From Tissierellia bacterium (GTDB taxonomy: Bacteria > Bacillota > Clostridia > Tissierellales > Peptoniphilaceae): a DNA stretch of 64,000 nt. The position numbers and the translations under genes are program-made. The notes below the pieces were generated by a model that was given only the letters and a program-made list of their open reading frames with translations, ran no database searches and was not told where the DNA came from. This document shows positions 50,509 through 59,991 of the stretch, piece after piece. Each line of letters starts with the position of its first letter. Position 1 is the stretch's first letter. The stretch spans positions 12,601 to 76,600 of the forward strand of contig JAUNAV010000002.1 in assembly GCA_030527425.1 (NCBI GenBank). Reading direction: 5' to 3'.

Positions 50509-51592
50509 GATGACAAATAAAGAAATATTGACATATTTAAATTTTTTAAAAATTAGAAATTCAAAGATTCTTGATATAATAAAATTTATATCACCTAAAG
50601 ATCTATTTGAAGTTGATAGAGAAGAGTTAGATTTTTTGGATAAAAAAACAATAGATAAAATTTTTGATAAAGACAATTTTGAAAAGTTTAAGTATTATAA
50701 AGAAGAAATAATAAAAAATAATATCAGAATATCAAGTATACTAGATGATTCATATCCAATTAATCTTAGAGATATAAATGATGCGCCTGCACTTTTTTAC
50801 TATAAGGGACAATTAGAAAAAGAGGATAAATTTTCTGTTGCAATTGTGGGCGCTAGAAAATGTACGGATTATGGTAAATATGTATGTAAAAGTCTAACAA
50901 AAGAATTATCTAATTTATCAATAACGACGATAAGTGGGCTTGCATTAGGAATTGATGCCATATGCCATAAGACATCAATTGAGAATAATTCCAAGACAAT
51001 AGGTATAATAGGAAATGGCATAGATCAGATATATCCTAAGAGAAATAGAAGATTATATGAAATGATGCAAAAGGATCATCTTATTATATCAGAATTTCCG
51101 CTAAAAACTCCACCTTTAGCATATAATTTTCCTCAAAGAAATAGAATAATTTCTGGAATGAGTCTTGCTACTGTTGTTATTGAGGCAAAAGAGAAATCAG
51201 GCACCTTAATTACTGCTAACTTTGCCGCAGAGCAGGGTAGAGATGTACTTGCAGTACCTGGTAATATCAACTCTTTTTATTCTAAAGGTACTAATAAATT
51301 AATACAAGATGGTGCAAAATTAGTTTCTAATATAGATGATGTAATAAATGAAATTTTGCCTTTAAAAGATTATGTAGATAAAAACAAAAGCATTAAGAAG
51401 GATACTTCATCACTTGATAAAGAAGAGAAGAAAGTATATGATTTTATACTAAAAAATAGTCCCTGTAGCACTCAAAAGATCGTAGATTATATGAGAATAG
51501 ATATTTCAATTGCCAATTATCTAATAACTTCTTTGGAATTGAAAGATTTTATTGAGAGTTCAGGAAATGATGAATATACAGCAAAGGGGTGA
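50498..51592 (+). CDS. dprA: DNA processing protein DprA (start uncertain: 50498 or 50510)
   Basis: VAIVGARKCTDYG, SGLALGIDAICH, and PQRNRIISG motifs. Confidence 0.85.
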   Translation: MHFKMTNKEILTYLNFLKIRNSKILDIIKFISPKDLFEVDREELDFLDKKTIDKIFDKDNFEKFKYYKEEIIKNNIRISSILDDSYPINLRDINDAPALFYYKGQLEKEDKFSVAIVGARKCTDYGKYVCKSLTKELSNLSITTISGLALGIDAICHKTSIENNSKTIGIIGNGIDQIYPKRNRRLYEMMQKDHLIISEFPLKTPPLAYNFPQRNRIISGMSLATVVIEAKEKSGTLITANFAAEQGRDVLAVPGNINSFYSKGTNKLIQDGAKLVSNIDDVINEILPLKDYVDKNKSIKKDTSSLDKEEKKVYDFILKNSPCSTQKIVDYMRIDISIANYLITSLELKDFIESSGNDEYTAKG

Positions 51593-51596
51593 AAAT

Positions 51597-53654
51597 TTGG
51601 CTAAAAATTTAGTAATAGTAGAATCTCCAACAAAAGCAAGGACGATATCAAAAATGCTTGGTAGAAATTACAAAGTTAAAGCTTCATTTGGTCATTTAAG
51701 GGATCTTCCTAAAAGCAGAATGGGTGTAGATATTGAGAATGATTTTACTCCAGAATATATTAAAGTTAGGGGTAGAGCAAAAACTATTAATGAATTAAAA
51801 AAAGATGTCAAAAATGCCCAAAAAGTATTTTTAGCGACAGACCCTGACAGAGAAGGAGAAGCAATTAGTTGGCATCTTAATTATTTAATGGGGTTGGATG
51901 AGAATTCGAAAAATCGAATTGAATTTCATGAAATAACGAAAAATCAAGTATTGAAAGCATTAAAAAATCCTAGAAAAATTGACATGAATTTAGTTGATGC
52001 CCAACAAGCTAGAAGAGTTGTCGATAGAATAGTAGGTTATGAAATAAGTCCGATTTTATGGAAGAGAATAAAAAGTGGTCTTAGCGCTGGAAGAGTACAA
52101 TCAGTAGCATTAAAACTTATTTGTGACAGACAAAAAGAAATAGATAGATTTAAACCAGAAGAATATTGGACGATTGATGCATTTCATAAAAAAAGCACTA
52201 TAAAATTTGTTTCAAGTCTTCAAAGTGATGAGAATTCAAAAAAAATAAAAATAGAAAATGAGAAAAGTGCTAAAAGCATAATAGAAAAAATAGATAAAGA
52301 AAATTTCATAGTAAATGATATAAAAAAGATAAAAAAGAAGAGAAATCCTCAAAAACCATATACTACAAGCACTTTGCAACAAGATGCTTCAAATAAATTA
52401 GGTTTTAGTACAAAGACTACAATGATGATAGCACAGCAACTTTTTGAAGGAATAAATATAGGTCAAGAAGGAAGCGTCGGTTTAATAACTTATATGAGAA
52501 CAGATGCAACTAGATTATCATCTGAAATTATAAATGAAGCAATTAAATATATTAAGGAAAATTACGGAGAAGAATATGCTACAAAGGGTAATAGCTATGA
52601 TAAGAAATCTAAGAATGCTCAAGATGCCCACGAAGCTATTAGACCCACTGCGATATATAGATCTCCATATGAAATAAAAGATTATTTAAGTGATTTGCAA
52701 TTTAAATTATATAATCTCATTTGGATTAGAACTGTTCAGTCACAGATGAAAGCATATGAATACTTAAGTACGCAAATAAGCTTAATTAATAATGGTTATA
52801 TATTTAAAGCTAATGGAAATCAAACAGTATTCGATGGCTATACGAAGATTTCGCAATATCGTAAAAAAGAACAACTATTACCAGATCTTAAAAAAGATGA
52901 TAAGTTAAAAGCATATAAAATAGAGAAAACACAACATTTTACTAAGCCGCCTGCAAAGTATACTGAGGCTTCTTTGGTCAAAGCACTAGAGGAAAATGGA
53001 ATAGGAAGACCTAGTACATATTCTTCTACTATCAATTCGATCTTATCAAGAAACTACGTAGAAATATTAGATAGACAACTTAGTCCCACTGAGCTTGGCT
53101 TCACTGTAAATGACTTTTTGGAAGAAAACTTTGCTGATATAATTAATGTGGACTTTACTGCTAGTATGGAATCTAGACTTGATGATATAGCTGAAAATCA
53201 AGTGAAATGGAAAGAGGTTGTTTCATCCTTTTATAAAGAATTCAAAAAAGATATTAATAAGGCAAAGAAGGATTCTACAGATTATAAAGTAAAAACTGAA
53301 TTACTAGATGAAAAATGCCCTAAATGTGGACATAATCTGGCAATAAAACATGGAAGAAATGGTAAATTTGTTGGTTGTAGTAATTTTCCAAATTGTGATT
53401 TCACAAAAAGTATTGTAAAAAAAGTCGGGGTTAAATGCCCAAAATGCGGTCATGATTTAATTGAAAAAGTGACAAAACATGGTAAAAGATTTTATGGCTG
53501 CGAAAATTATCCTAAATGTGACTATGCAGTATGGGATAAGCCTGTAGGAAAAAAATGTCCTAAATGCAATCATCCATTACTTCATAAAAAGACAAGAAAA
53601 GTCGATATGATTTATTGCGATAATTGTGGATATGTAGAATCTGAGAAAAAGTAG
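51597..53654 (+). CDS. topA: type I DNA topoisomerase (TTG start)
   Basis: TOPRIM LVIVESPTKA...ATDPDREGE, active-site region ITYMRTD, and three C-terminal CxxC...CxxC zinc ribbons. SD aaggggtg precedes TTG 51597. Confidence 0.93.
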   Translation: MAKNLVIVESPTKARTISKMLGRNYKVKASFGHLRDLPKSRMGVDIENDFTPEYIKVRGRAKTINELKKDVKNAQKVFLATDPDREGEAISWHLNYLMGLDENSKNRIEFHEITKNQVLKALKNPRKIDMNLVDAQQARRVVDRIVGYEISPILWKRIKSGLSAGRVQSVALKLICDRQKEIDRFKPEEYWTIDAFHKKSTIKFVSSLQSDENSKKIKIENEKSAKSIIEKIDKENFIVNDIKKIKKKRNPQKPYTTSTLQQDASNKLGFSTKTTMMIAQQLFEGINIGQEGSVGLITYMRTDATRLSSEIINEAIKYIKENYGEEYATKGNSYDKKSKNAQDAHEAIRPTAIYRSPYEIKDYLSDLQFKLYNLIWIRTVQSQMKAYEYLSTQISLINNGYIFKANGNQTVFDGYTKISQYRKKEQLLPDLKKDDKLKAYKIEKTQHFTKPPAKYTEASLVKALEENGIGRPSTYSSTINSILSRNYVEILDRQLSPTELGFTVNDFLEENFADIINVDFTASMESRLDDIAENQVKWKEVVSSFYKEFKKDINKAKKDSTDYKVKTELLDEKCPKCGHNLAIKHGRNGKFVGCSNFPNCDFTKSIVKKVGVKCPKCGHDLIEKVTKHGKRFYGCENYPKCDYAVWDKPVGKKCPKCNHPLLHKKTRKVDMIYCDNCGYVESEKK

Positions 53655-53683
53655 TTGTTTTACTACTATAACAATGGTATAAT
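53655..53683 (+). promoter_or_regulatory. sigma-A-type promoter for rpsB-tsf
   Basis: TTGTTT, 17-nt spacer, TATAAT, with TG extension (tggTATAAT). Predicts a ~90-nt 5' UTR. Confidence 0.6.
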
Positions 53684-53781
53684 AAATAAGTCAATGACAC
53701 ACATTTTCTGATGGAGCTAATTGTTGCCAATAGGTTTTTAGTTTCAAAAGATGAAAATGGAGGAAAAAACGGAGGTATAAA

Positions 53782-54546
53782 ATGTCAGTAGTATCAATGA
53801 AAAAATTATTAGAAGCTGGTGTTCATTTTGGACATCAAACAAGAAGATGGAATCCTAAGATGGCTCCATATATCTTTACAGAAAGAAATGGAATCTATAT
53901 TATAGATTTACAAAAAACAGTTAACAAGATTGAAGAAGCTTATAGCTTTTTAAGAGACATCGTAGCTGACGGTGGTAGAGTATTATTTGTTGGAACAAAA
54001 AAACAAGCACAAGACTCAATTGAACAAGAAGCTAAAAGATGCGGACAATTCTATGTTAGCAATAGATGGTTAGGTGGTATGCTAACCAACTTTAACACTA
54101 TAAGAAATTCAATAGATAAACTTACAAGACTTGAAGAAATGGAAGAAGATGGAACTTTTGATTTACTTCCAAAAAAAGAAGTTCTTGAACACAAAAGAGA
54201 AATGGAAAAACTCGAAAAGAACTTAGGTGGTATCAAAGATATGACTGAACTTCCAGATGTATTATTCGTAGTTGATCCTAAAAAAGAAGAAATTGCAGTA
54301 CATGAAGCTAGAATTCTTGGAATTCCAGTTATCAGTATTATAGATACAAATTGCGATCCAGATGAAGTTGATTTCCCAATACCTGGTAATGACGATGCTA
54401 TTAGAGCTGTAAAACTTATAACATCAGTAATGAGTGAGGCAGTTATTGAAGCAAACCAAGGTGATGAATATAGCATTGATGAAGAAGATTTTGTCGATGA
54501 AGAAATAGAAGAATTTGAAGAAGAAACACAAGAAGATAACGAATAA
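53782..54546 (+). CDS. rpsB: 30S ribosomal protein S2 (with acidic C-terminal tail)
   Basis: [19 protein letters not shown]. The tail is [22 protein letters not shown]. Confidence 0.95.
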   Translation: MSVVSMKKLLEAGVHFGHQTRRWNPKMAPYIFTERNGIYIIDLQKTVNKIEEAYSFLRDIVADGGRVLFVGTKKQAQDSIEQEAKRCGQFYVSNRWLGGMLTNFNTIRNSIDKLTRLEEMEEDGTFDLLPKKEVLEHKREMEKLEKNLGGIKDMTELPDVLFVVDPKKEEIAVHEARILGIPVISIIDTNCDPDEVDFPIPGNDDAIRAVKLITSVMSEAVIEANQGDEYSIDEEDFVDEEIEEFEEETQEDNE

Positions 54547-54562
54547 ATATAGGAGGAATCAA

Positions 54563-55231
54563 ATGGCTATTACAGCTAAATTAGTAAAAGAACTTAGAGA
54601 TAAAACTGGCGCAGGAATGATGGATTGCAAAAAAGCTTTAGTAGAAGCTGATGGAGACATTCAAAAAGCAGAAGTTATTTTAAAGGAAAAAGGACAAGCC
54701 ACTTTAGACAAAAAGGCAGGAAGAATTGCTGCAGAAGGAATCATTGGATCATATATACACAATAATAAAATTGGTGTAATCGTAGAGATCAATACAGAAA
54801 CAGATTTCTCAGCAAATACAGATGATATAAAAGAATTTGCTAAAAATATAGCAATGCATATTGCTGCAAGCAATCCTCAATATGTATCTGAAGAAGAAGT
54901 TGATGAAAAAGAAGTTCAAGAACAAAAATCTATTTTAATCAATCAAGCTATGAATGAGGCTAATGATAATATGCCTGAAGATAAGAAAAAGATGATAGCT
55001 GAGAAAAAAGTAGAAGGTAGATTTAAGAAATATCTTAAAGAAATTTGCCTTTTAGATCAACCATATGTTAAAAATCCTGAAATGACAGTTGATGCTTATT
55101 TAAGAAGTATTGCTGCTAAGATTGGTGAAAATATCAAGATCAGAAGATTCCAAAGATTCGAAGTTGGTGAAGGTCTTGAGAAAAAACAAGAAGATTTTGC
55201 TAAAGAAGTAAGCGAACAAATTAATCAATAA
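54563..55231 (+). CDS. tsf: translation elongation factor Ts (short, 222-aa form)
   Basis: MAITAKLVKELRDKTGAGMMDCKKAL. SD aggagg upstream; the ORF-track start at 54515 is an extension. Confidence 0.9.
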   Translation: MAITAKLVKELRDKTGAGMMDCKKALVEADGDIQKAEVILKEKGQATLDKKAGRIAAEGIIGSYIHNNKIGVIVEINTETDFSANTDDIKEFAKNIAMHIAASNPQYVSEEEVDEKEVQEQKSILINQAMNEANDNMPEDKKKMIAEKKVEGRFKKYLKEICLLDQPYVKNPEMTVDAYLRSIAAKIGENIKIRRFQRFEVGEGLEKKQEDFAKEVSEQINQ

Positions 55232-55232
55232 T

Positions 55233-55265
55233 AAAAAAGGAGAACTTAAGTTCTCCTTTATTTTA
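55233..55265 (+). terminator. intrinsic terminator after tsf
   Basis: 10-bp stem aaaggagaac-ttaa-gttctccttt followed by attttaaa. Confidence 0.85.
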
Positions 55266-55307
55266 AATCAAATTTATTATATACTTAAAGTATCTAGGAG
55301 GTGACTT

Positions 55308-56030
55308 TTGAAAAATTTTAAAAGAGTTGTTTTAAAATTAAGTGGTGAAGCATTAGCCGGATCAAAATCTCAGGGATTTTGCGATGATACTATAAAAAAT
55401 ATTTGCGAAAATATAAAAAAAGTTTATGAAATGGGTATACAAATATCAATAGTAGTAGGAGGAGGTAACTTTTGGAGAGGAAGAAGTTCTACCAATATTG
55501 ATAGAGCTTCATCAGACACTATTGGGATGCTAGGCACAGTTATGAATGGCCTTAGAATCCAAGCGAGTCTAGAAAATTTAGGTATAGAAACAAGAGTTAT
55601 GACAGCTATTACTATGAGTGAAGTTGCTGAACCATATATTAGAAGAAAGGCCATTAGACATCTTGAAAAAAATAGGATAGTTATTTTTACGGCAGGAACT
55701 GGATTACCTTACTTTTCAACAGATACCACTGCTGCACTTAGAGCATTAGAAATTAATAGTGATGTAATATTGCTTGGCAAAACTGGTACTGATGCTATTT
55801 ATGATAAGGATCCCAATAAATATGACGATGCAAAGAAATTTGAAAAACTTACCTACAAAGAAATTTTATCTAAAGAACTAAAAATCATGGATACTACCGC
55901 TACTTCACTATGTATGGATAACAAAATGCCAATTATAGCATTTGGAATTGATGATGCTAGTAATTTGGTTAAGATTTTTAAAGGTGAAAATATAGGAACG
56001 ATAGTAAAGGAGAAATTTGATGTACGATAA
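55308..56030 (+). CDS. pyrH: UMP kinase (TTG start)
   Basis: [23 protein letters not shown] taggaggtg upstream. Confidence 0.95.
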   Translation: MKNFKRVVLKLSGEALAGSKSQGFCDDTIKNICENIKKVYEMGIQISIVVGGGNFWRGRSSTNIDRASSDTIGMLGTVMNGLRIQASLENLGIETRVMTAITMSEVAEPYIRRKAIRHLEKNRIVIFTAGTGLPYFSTDTTAALRALEINSDVILLGKTGTDAIYDKDPNKYDDAKKFEKLTYKEILSKELKIMDTTATSLCMDNKMPIIAFGIDDASNLVKIFKGENIGTIVKEKFDVR

Positions 56031-56577
56031 TATTATTAAAGACATGGATAAAAACATGAAAAAATCTGTAGAATCTTTTAAAGAGCGTTTAACTACAATA
56101 AGAGCTGGACGTGCCAACCAATCAATTTTAAATGGTATTACCTTTAGTTATTATGGAGTTGAAACACCAATAAACCAAGCAGCAACAATTAATACTCCAG
56201 AGGCTAGACTATTGACAATTACACCATGGGATAAGTCTAATATTGCACCAATTGAAAAAGCTTTATTGAAGTCAGACATTGGCATTACCCCATCAAATGA
56301 CGGAGAGGTTATAAGATTACCTTTTCCACAATTGACAGAAGAAAGAAGAAAAGAATTAGTAAAAGAAGTTAATAAATATGCTGAAGAAACTAAGATATCT
56401 TTAAGAAATCATAGAAGAGATGCACTAGATATAGTTAAAAAACAAGAAAAAACAGGTGAACTCTCTGAAGATCAAAAGATTGGTGCAGAAGAAGATATTA
56501 AAAAATCAATAGATAAGTTTACAAAAGAAATAGAAAATATTGCAAAAACTAAAAAAGATGAATTAATGGAATTTTAA
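56020..56577 (+). CDS. frr: ribosome recycling factor
   Basis: [17 protein letters not shown]...[15 protein letters not shown]. Confidence 0.95.
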   Translation: MYDNIIKDMDKNMKKSVESFKERLTTIRAGRANQSILNGITFSYYGVETPINQAATINTPEARLLTITPWDKSNIAPIEKALLKSDIGITPSNDGEVIRLPFPQLTEERRKELVKEVNKYAEETKISLRNHRRDALDIVKKQEKTGELSEDQKIGAEEDIKKSIDKFTKEIENIAKTKKDELMEF

Positions 56578-56580
56578 TGA

Positions 56581-56597
56581 GGGGCTTTTAGCCCCTT
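56581..56597 (+). terminator. short GC hairpin after frr with only a 2-T tail (weak or leaky terminator at best)
   Basis: ggggc-tttta-gcccc followed by ttaagg. Confidence 0.3.
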
Positions 56598-56608
56598 AAG
56601 GTAAAATA

Positions 56609-57697
56609 ATGAATTTTTCAAAAATAAGAAAAGGTTTAGAAAAAGAGATTATAAGCAAAAAGTTAAATGCAAGAATCAATTCACTATTTTTAAAACAGCT
56701 ATCGGTTTTATTAAAATCCGACATTTCAATTGATAAGGCATTAAATGTTATTTATAATGGCCATTTAGATAAGAAACTAGACCAGTCTTTAAAAAGAGTT
56801 TTAAACAAGATTGAAGAAGGCAAAAATGTATATGAATCTTTTGAAAATGAACAAAAAAGATTTGGGGATATATTAATTGCTTTTATTCAAAGTGGGCAGG
56901 AAAGTGGTAATTTAGCTGAGATAATTAATGATTTATCAGATTTTATTAAAGAAGAATATGAAAATGAAAATAAAATAAGACAGGCTTTCGTATATCCAAT
57001 AATATTAATGTGCGTAACATTTTTTGTAATAGTGCTTATTTTGAAATTTGTTATGCCGAATTTTATTGAGATATTTGATAGCATGGATCAACAATTACCC
57101 ACAATTACCTTAATTCTACTACAAATAAGTAAGTTCGTTAGAATGTATGGTGTGATGATTTTTATCATGCTTGTGCTTATTTTAATTGCAATAAAGATCT
57201 TAAAATATAAAGAGGAAATAAGATTTAAATTTGATAAATTCTATTTCTTTTTCCCACTTTTTAAAAAATATAGACTTACAAAGATTGAGTATCAAATATC
57301 AAAATTAATGCATATTTTAGTTAAAGGCGAAGTAGAAATATTAACTGCAATGGATATAATCAAAAAATCTTTTAAAAATACTTATTTAAAAGAAAAATTG
57401 TTCGATATATCAAAAAAATTAGAAGAGGGATATGATATTTCTGAGTCATTTAGGCAACAAAAAATTTTCTCAAATCTTTTAATTTCAATGATAGAAGTTG
57501 GAGAAAATACAGGAAATTTATCCGATACTCTAAAAAAGAGCGCTGAATATTTTTCGAGCGAATATTTATTTAGACTAAAAAAACTTTCTGAAATAATGGA
57601 GCCATTGTTGATAATTATAATGAGTGTAATTGTAGGTTTTATAATTTTTTCGATAGCACTACCAATGTTTGATTCAATTAATGCATTAAACTATTAA
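56609..57697 (+). CDS. type II secretion / type IV pilus platform protein (GspF/PilC/ComGB family)
   Basis: Two T2SSF repeats: LKQLSVLLKSDISIDKAL...IEEGKNVYESF...SGQESGNL and LMHILVKGEVEILTAM...LEEGYDISESF...VGENTGNL. Three TM segments. Confidence 0.85.
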   Translation: MNFSKIRKGLEKEIISKKLNARINSLFLKQLSVLLKSDISIDKALNVIYNGHLDKKLDQSLKRVLNKIEEGKNVYESFENEQKRFGDILIAFIQSGQESGNLAEIINDLSDFIKEEYENENKIRQAFVYPIILMCVTFFVIVLILKFVMPNFIEIFDSMDQQLPTITLILLQISKFVRMYGVMIFIMLVLILIAIKILKYKEEIRFKFDKFYFFFPLFKKYRLTKIEYQISKLMHILVKGEVEILTAMDIIKKSFKNTYLKEKLFDISKKLEEGYDISESFRQQKIFSNLLISMIEVGENTGNLSDTLKKSAEYFSSEYLFRLKKLSEIMEPLLIIIMSVIVGFIIFSIALPMFDSINALNY

Positions 57698-57726
57698 TCA
57701 ATTAATTAAATAATATAGGAGGAAGT

Positions 57727-58068
57727 ATGAAAATACATAAGAGAAAAAAGGGATTTACATTGATCGAACTCATACTAGTTATTGCAATTATAGCAATTTT
57801 AGCAGCAATTGCAATTCCTAAGTACAATAAATCCAGACAAAAAGCAGCTATATCAGCTCATAATGCAAATGTACAAATGCTAAAGACAGCAGCAAATGCG
57901 GCCGTTTTAGATGGCGAGGATCCTAATTGGTCTTCAGAAGCTGATGCAAGCGATTATGTGGATAAATGGCCTGAGATTCCAAAAGGTCTAGATACAGATT
58001 CTAATGGTTATACTGTAGAATATTCACAAGGAGTAATAACAGTAACTCCAGGTGAGATAGAAGAATAA
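57727..58068 (+). CDS. major (pseudo)pilin, ComGC/type IV pilin-like
   Basis: Class III signal [31 protein letters not shown] (G-1, F+1, E+5). 113 aa, no Cys. Strong SD aggagg. Confidence 0.85.
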   Translation: MKIHKRKKGFTLIELILVIAIIAILAAIAIPKYNKSRQKAAISAHNANVQMLKTAANAAVLDGEDPNWSSEADASDYVDKWPEIPKGLDTDSNGYTVEYSQGVITVTPGEIEE

Positions 58069-58784
58069 TGAAATTTTTCCTATTTCTTTTCGGAGTATCT
58101 ATTGGATCTTTTATAAATTTATCATCTGTTAGATTGGTTAGAAATGAAAGTATAATTTATCCGCCAAGTCACTGTGATAGTTGCAATTCAAGATTAAAAA
58201 TTATAGACTTAATACCAATAATAAGCTTTTTAATTCTTAAAGGCAGATGTAGATATTGTAATTGTAAAATACCTGTAGCCAGTTTATTTACAGAACTGAC
58301 TACAGGAATAATTACAATTATAGCATTTGAAAAAAATAATGACATTTTTAGTCTGATTTTGATTCTAACTTTCTTATATCTTTTTATTATAATAAGTCTT
58401 ATAGATTTATATCAACAAGAGATTTATATGTCATTAGTTTGGATATGTTTTATTATTGGATTTATATATCGACTATACAGTGATTTTTATATATTTGAAT
58501 TTATAAAAGTGTCTATTGTATTTACAATTATATATATTTTGATTTACTTCATATCAAAAAAATCAATTGGTGACGGAGATATTTACTTATATCTTATGAG
58601 TTTTCTTTTTTTAGAAAATAAAGATATACTTACATTTGTTTTTATATCAGTATGGTTGGCAGCGATTGTTGGAATTATTATTGGTATTAAAAATAAGAAT
58701 TTTAAAACTTACATGCCTTTTGCTATCTATATATTATTAGCTTTTGTTTCAGTTAAACTTGATATTCTTATATGGAGGATATGA
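58068..58784 (+). CDS. A24-family prepilin peptidase (PilD/ComC)
   Basis: N-terminal CDSC...CRYC zinc motif, catalytic Asp contexts SLIDLYQQEIY and IGDGDIYL; polytopic membrane protein. Confidence 0.85.
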   Translation: MKFFLFLFGVSIGSFINLSSVRLVRNESIIYPPSHCDSCNSRLKIIDLIPIISFLILKGRCRYCNCKIPVASLFTELTTGIITIIAFEKNNDIFSLILILTFLYLFIIISLIDLYQQEIYMSLVWICFIIGFIYRLYSDFYIFEFIKVSIVFTIIYILIYFISKKSIGDGDIYLYLMSFLFLENKDILTFVFISVWLAAIVGIIIGIKNKNFKTYMPFAIYILLAFVSVKLDILIWRI

Positions 58785-59197
58785 TGAAAAAACGAGGATT
58801 TACTTTAATCGAATTAATACTTGTAATTGCTATTATTTCAATTATTATATCAATCGCTTTTATTAAAGGTGGATTTTTAGAAAGTTATAAAGAAAAGAAT
58901 GAAACTAATATATTAATTGAAAATATTAACTATGCCAGAGAAAAGGCAATGGCTACAGGCTATGATTATAACGTAGATTTAATTGAAAATACAATACTTT
59001 TAAGAAGCAATGGAGTTGAAGAATACATTGAATTAAAATATTTAAATTTCGGTAGAAATAAAACAAAGCAATTTAAATTTACATCTTCTGGTTCTGTATC
59101 TGGTGCCAATACATTTATCATATATGGAAATAATAATAGAGAATATGAATTAAAGATAGCTGCAGCAAGTGCATATTGTAGATTGGTGAAAAAATGA
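58784..59197 (+). CDS. minor pilin / pseudopilin (ComGD/GspH-like)
   Basis: [26 protein letters not shown] prepilin signal. SD ggagga upstream. Confidence 0.75.
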   Translation: MKKRGFTLIELILVIAIISIIISIAFIKGGFLESYKEKNETNILIENINYAREKAMATGYDYNVDLIENTILLRSNGVEEYIELKYLNFGRNKTKQFKFTSSGSVSGANTFIIYGNNNREYELKIAAASAYCRLVKK

Positions 59198-59499
59198 AAA
59201 AGAAAGGATTTACATTATTGGAAACAATAGTGGCAATTGGTTTTATTGCCATTATTTATATTTTTATTTTACCCGCATTATCAAATGCAGTGAAAAGTAC
59301 CAAGATAAGCAATGACAATATTAAAAATATATTGTATTTGCAAAAAGCAATAGAAGAATCCAAAAAATTAGATATTGGCACTTATACTTTTGAATATAAT
59401 AGTTTAATTGAAGTTGAAGTTATGGAATATTCTGAGAATTTGAAATTTATAAGAGTAGATGATGGAAAGAATATATTAGAGGTTGTAGTAGAAAAATGA
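59194..59499 (+). CDS. minor pilin / pseudopilin (ComGE-like size)
   Basis: MKKKG/FTLLETIVAIGFIAIIYIF prepilin signal. ATGA overlap. Confidence 0.7.
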   Translation: MKKKGFTLLETIVAIGFIAIIYIFILPALSNAVKSTKISNDNIKNILYLQKAIEESKKLDIGTYTFEYNSLIEVEVMEYSENLKFIRVDDGKNILEVVVEK

Positions 59500-59990
59500 A
59501 AAATAAAAAGGGTTTTACGTTAATAGAGCTAATTGTAACTTTATCGGTTTTAAGTATTGTTTTTACTCTCATCTATTCTTTGTTTTCTGCAAATATAAAA
59601 GCTAGCGAAACAATTTATAAGAATTCATTCACTGAGACAAATGCAAAAAATGCAATATTATATATTGAAAATACTTTAAGAAGGTCCATATATACTGAAG
59701 AAATATTAGACGATGAATGCAATTTTTTCACGGTGATTAAAAATAACGATAATACTTACTCTGCTATTACTTTTGGTGTGGAAAATGAAAATTTATATAG
59801 ATACTCTAAAAATTTAGGTAATTATTATGATCAAGTTGTTGATTTAAGCAAAATGGTGAAAAACAAGATAGCATCAAATGTTTCTTATATAGAATTTATT
59901 AAAGAAGATACTACAGTCCAACTTGAGATTATGTTCATACCTGAAAATACTGAAAATTTATATCAAACATCTATTAACCTTGGAGAATGA
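59496..59990 (+). CDS. minor pilin / pseudopilin (ComGF/PilW-like)
   Basis: [27 protein letters not shown] prepilin signal. ATGA overlap. Confidence 0.7.
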   Translation: MKNKKGFTLIELIVTLSVLSIVFTLIYSLFSANIKASETIYKNSFTETNAKNAILYIENTLRRSIYTEEILDDECNFFTVIKNNDNTYSAITFGVENENLYRYSKNLGNYYDQVVDLSKMVKNKIASNVSYIEFIKEDTTVQLEIMFIPENTENLYQTSINLGE

Positions 59991-59991
59991 T

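Noticed and set aside
53711-53794. Short upstream ORFs in the rpsB leader (ATG 53711 and ATG 53751).
   Set aside because: Neither has an SD and they are very short. They may be incidental in an AT-rich leader. They are mentioned only under the leader finding.
54051-54476. 141-aa antisense ORF inside rpsB. Similar long antisense ORFs lie at 61491-61970 (159 aa, inside ackA), 46299-46598 (inside ffh) and 33935-34240.
   Set aside because: They lie entirely opposite well-supported conserved genes. Their products are Ser/Leu/Phe/Ile-rich and low-complexity, as expected from the reverse complement of GAA/AAA/GAT-rich coding sequence. They have no SD or promoter. These are typical AT-rich-genome artefacts.
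56581-56597. Hairpin after frr considered as a strong terminator insulating the pilus operon.
   Set aside because: The stem is only 5 bp and is followed by just two T residues. It is kept as a low-confidence, leaky element instead.
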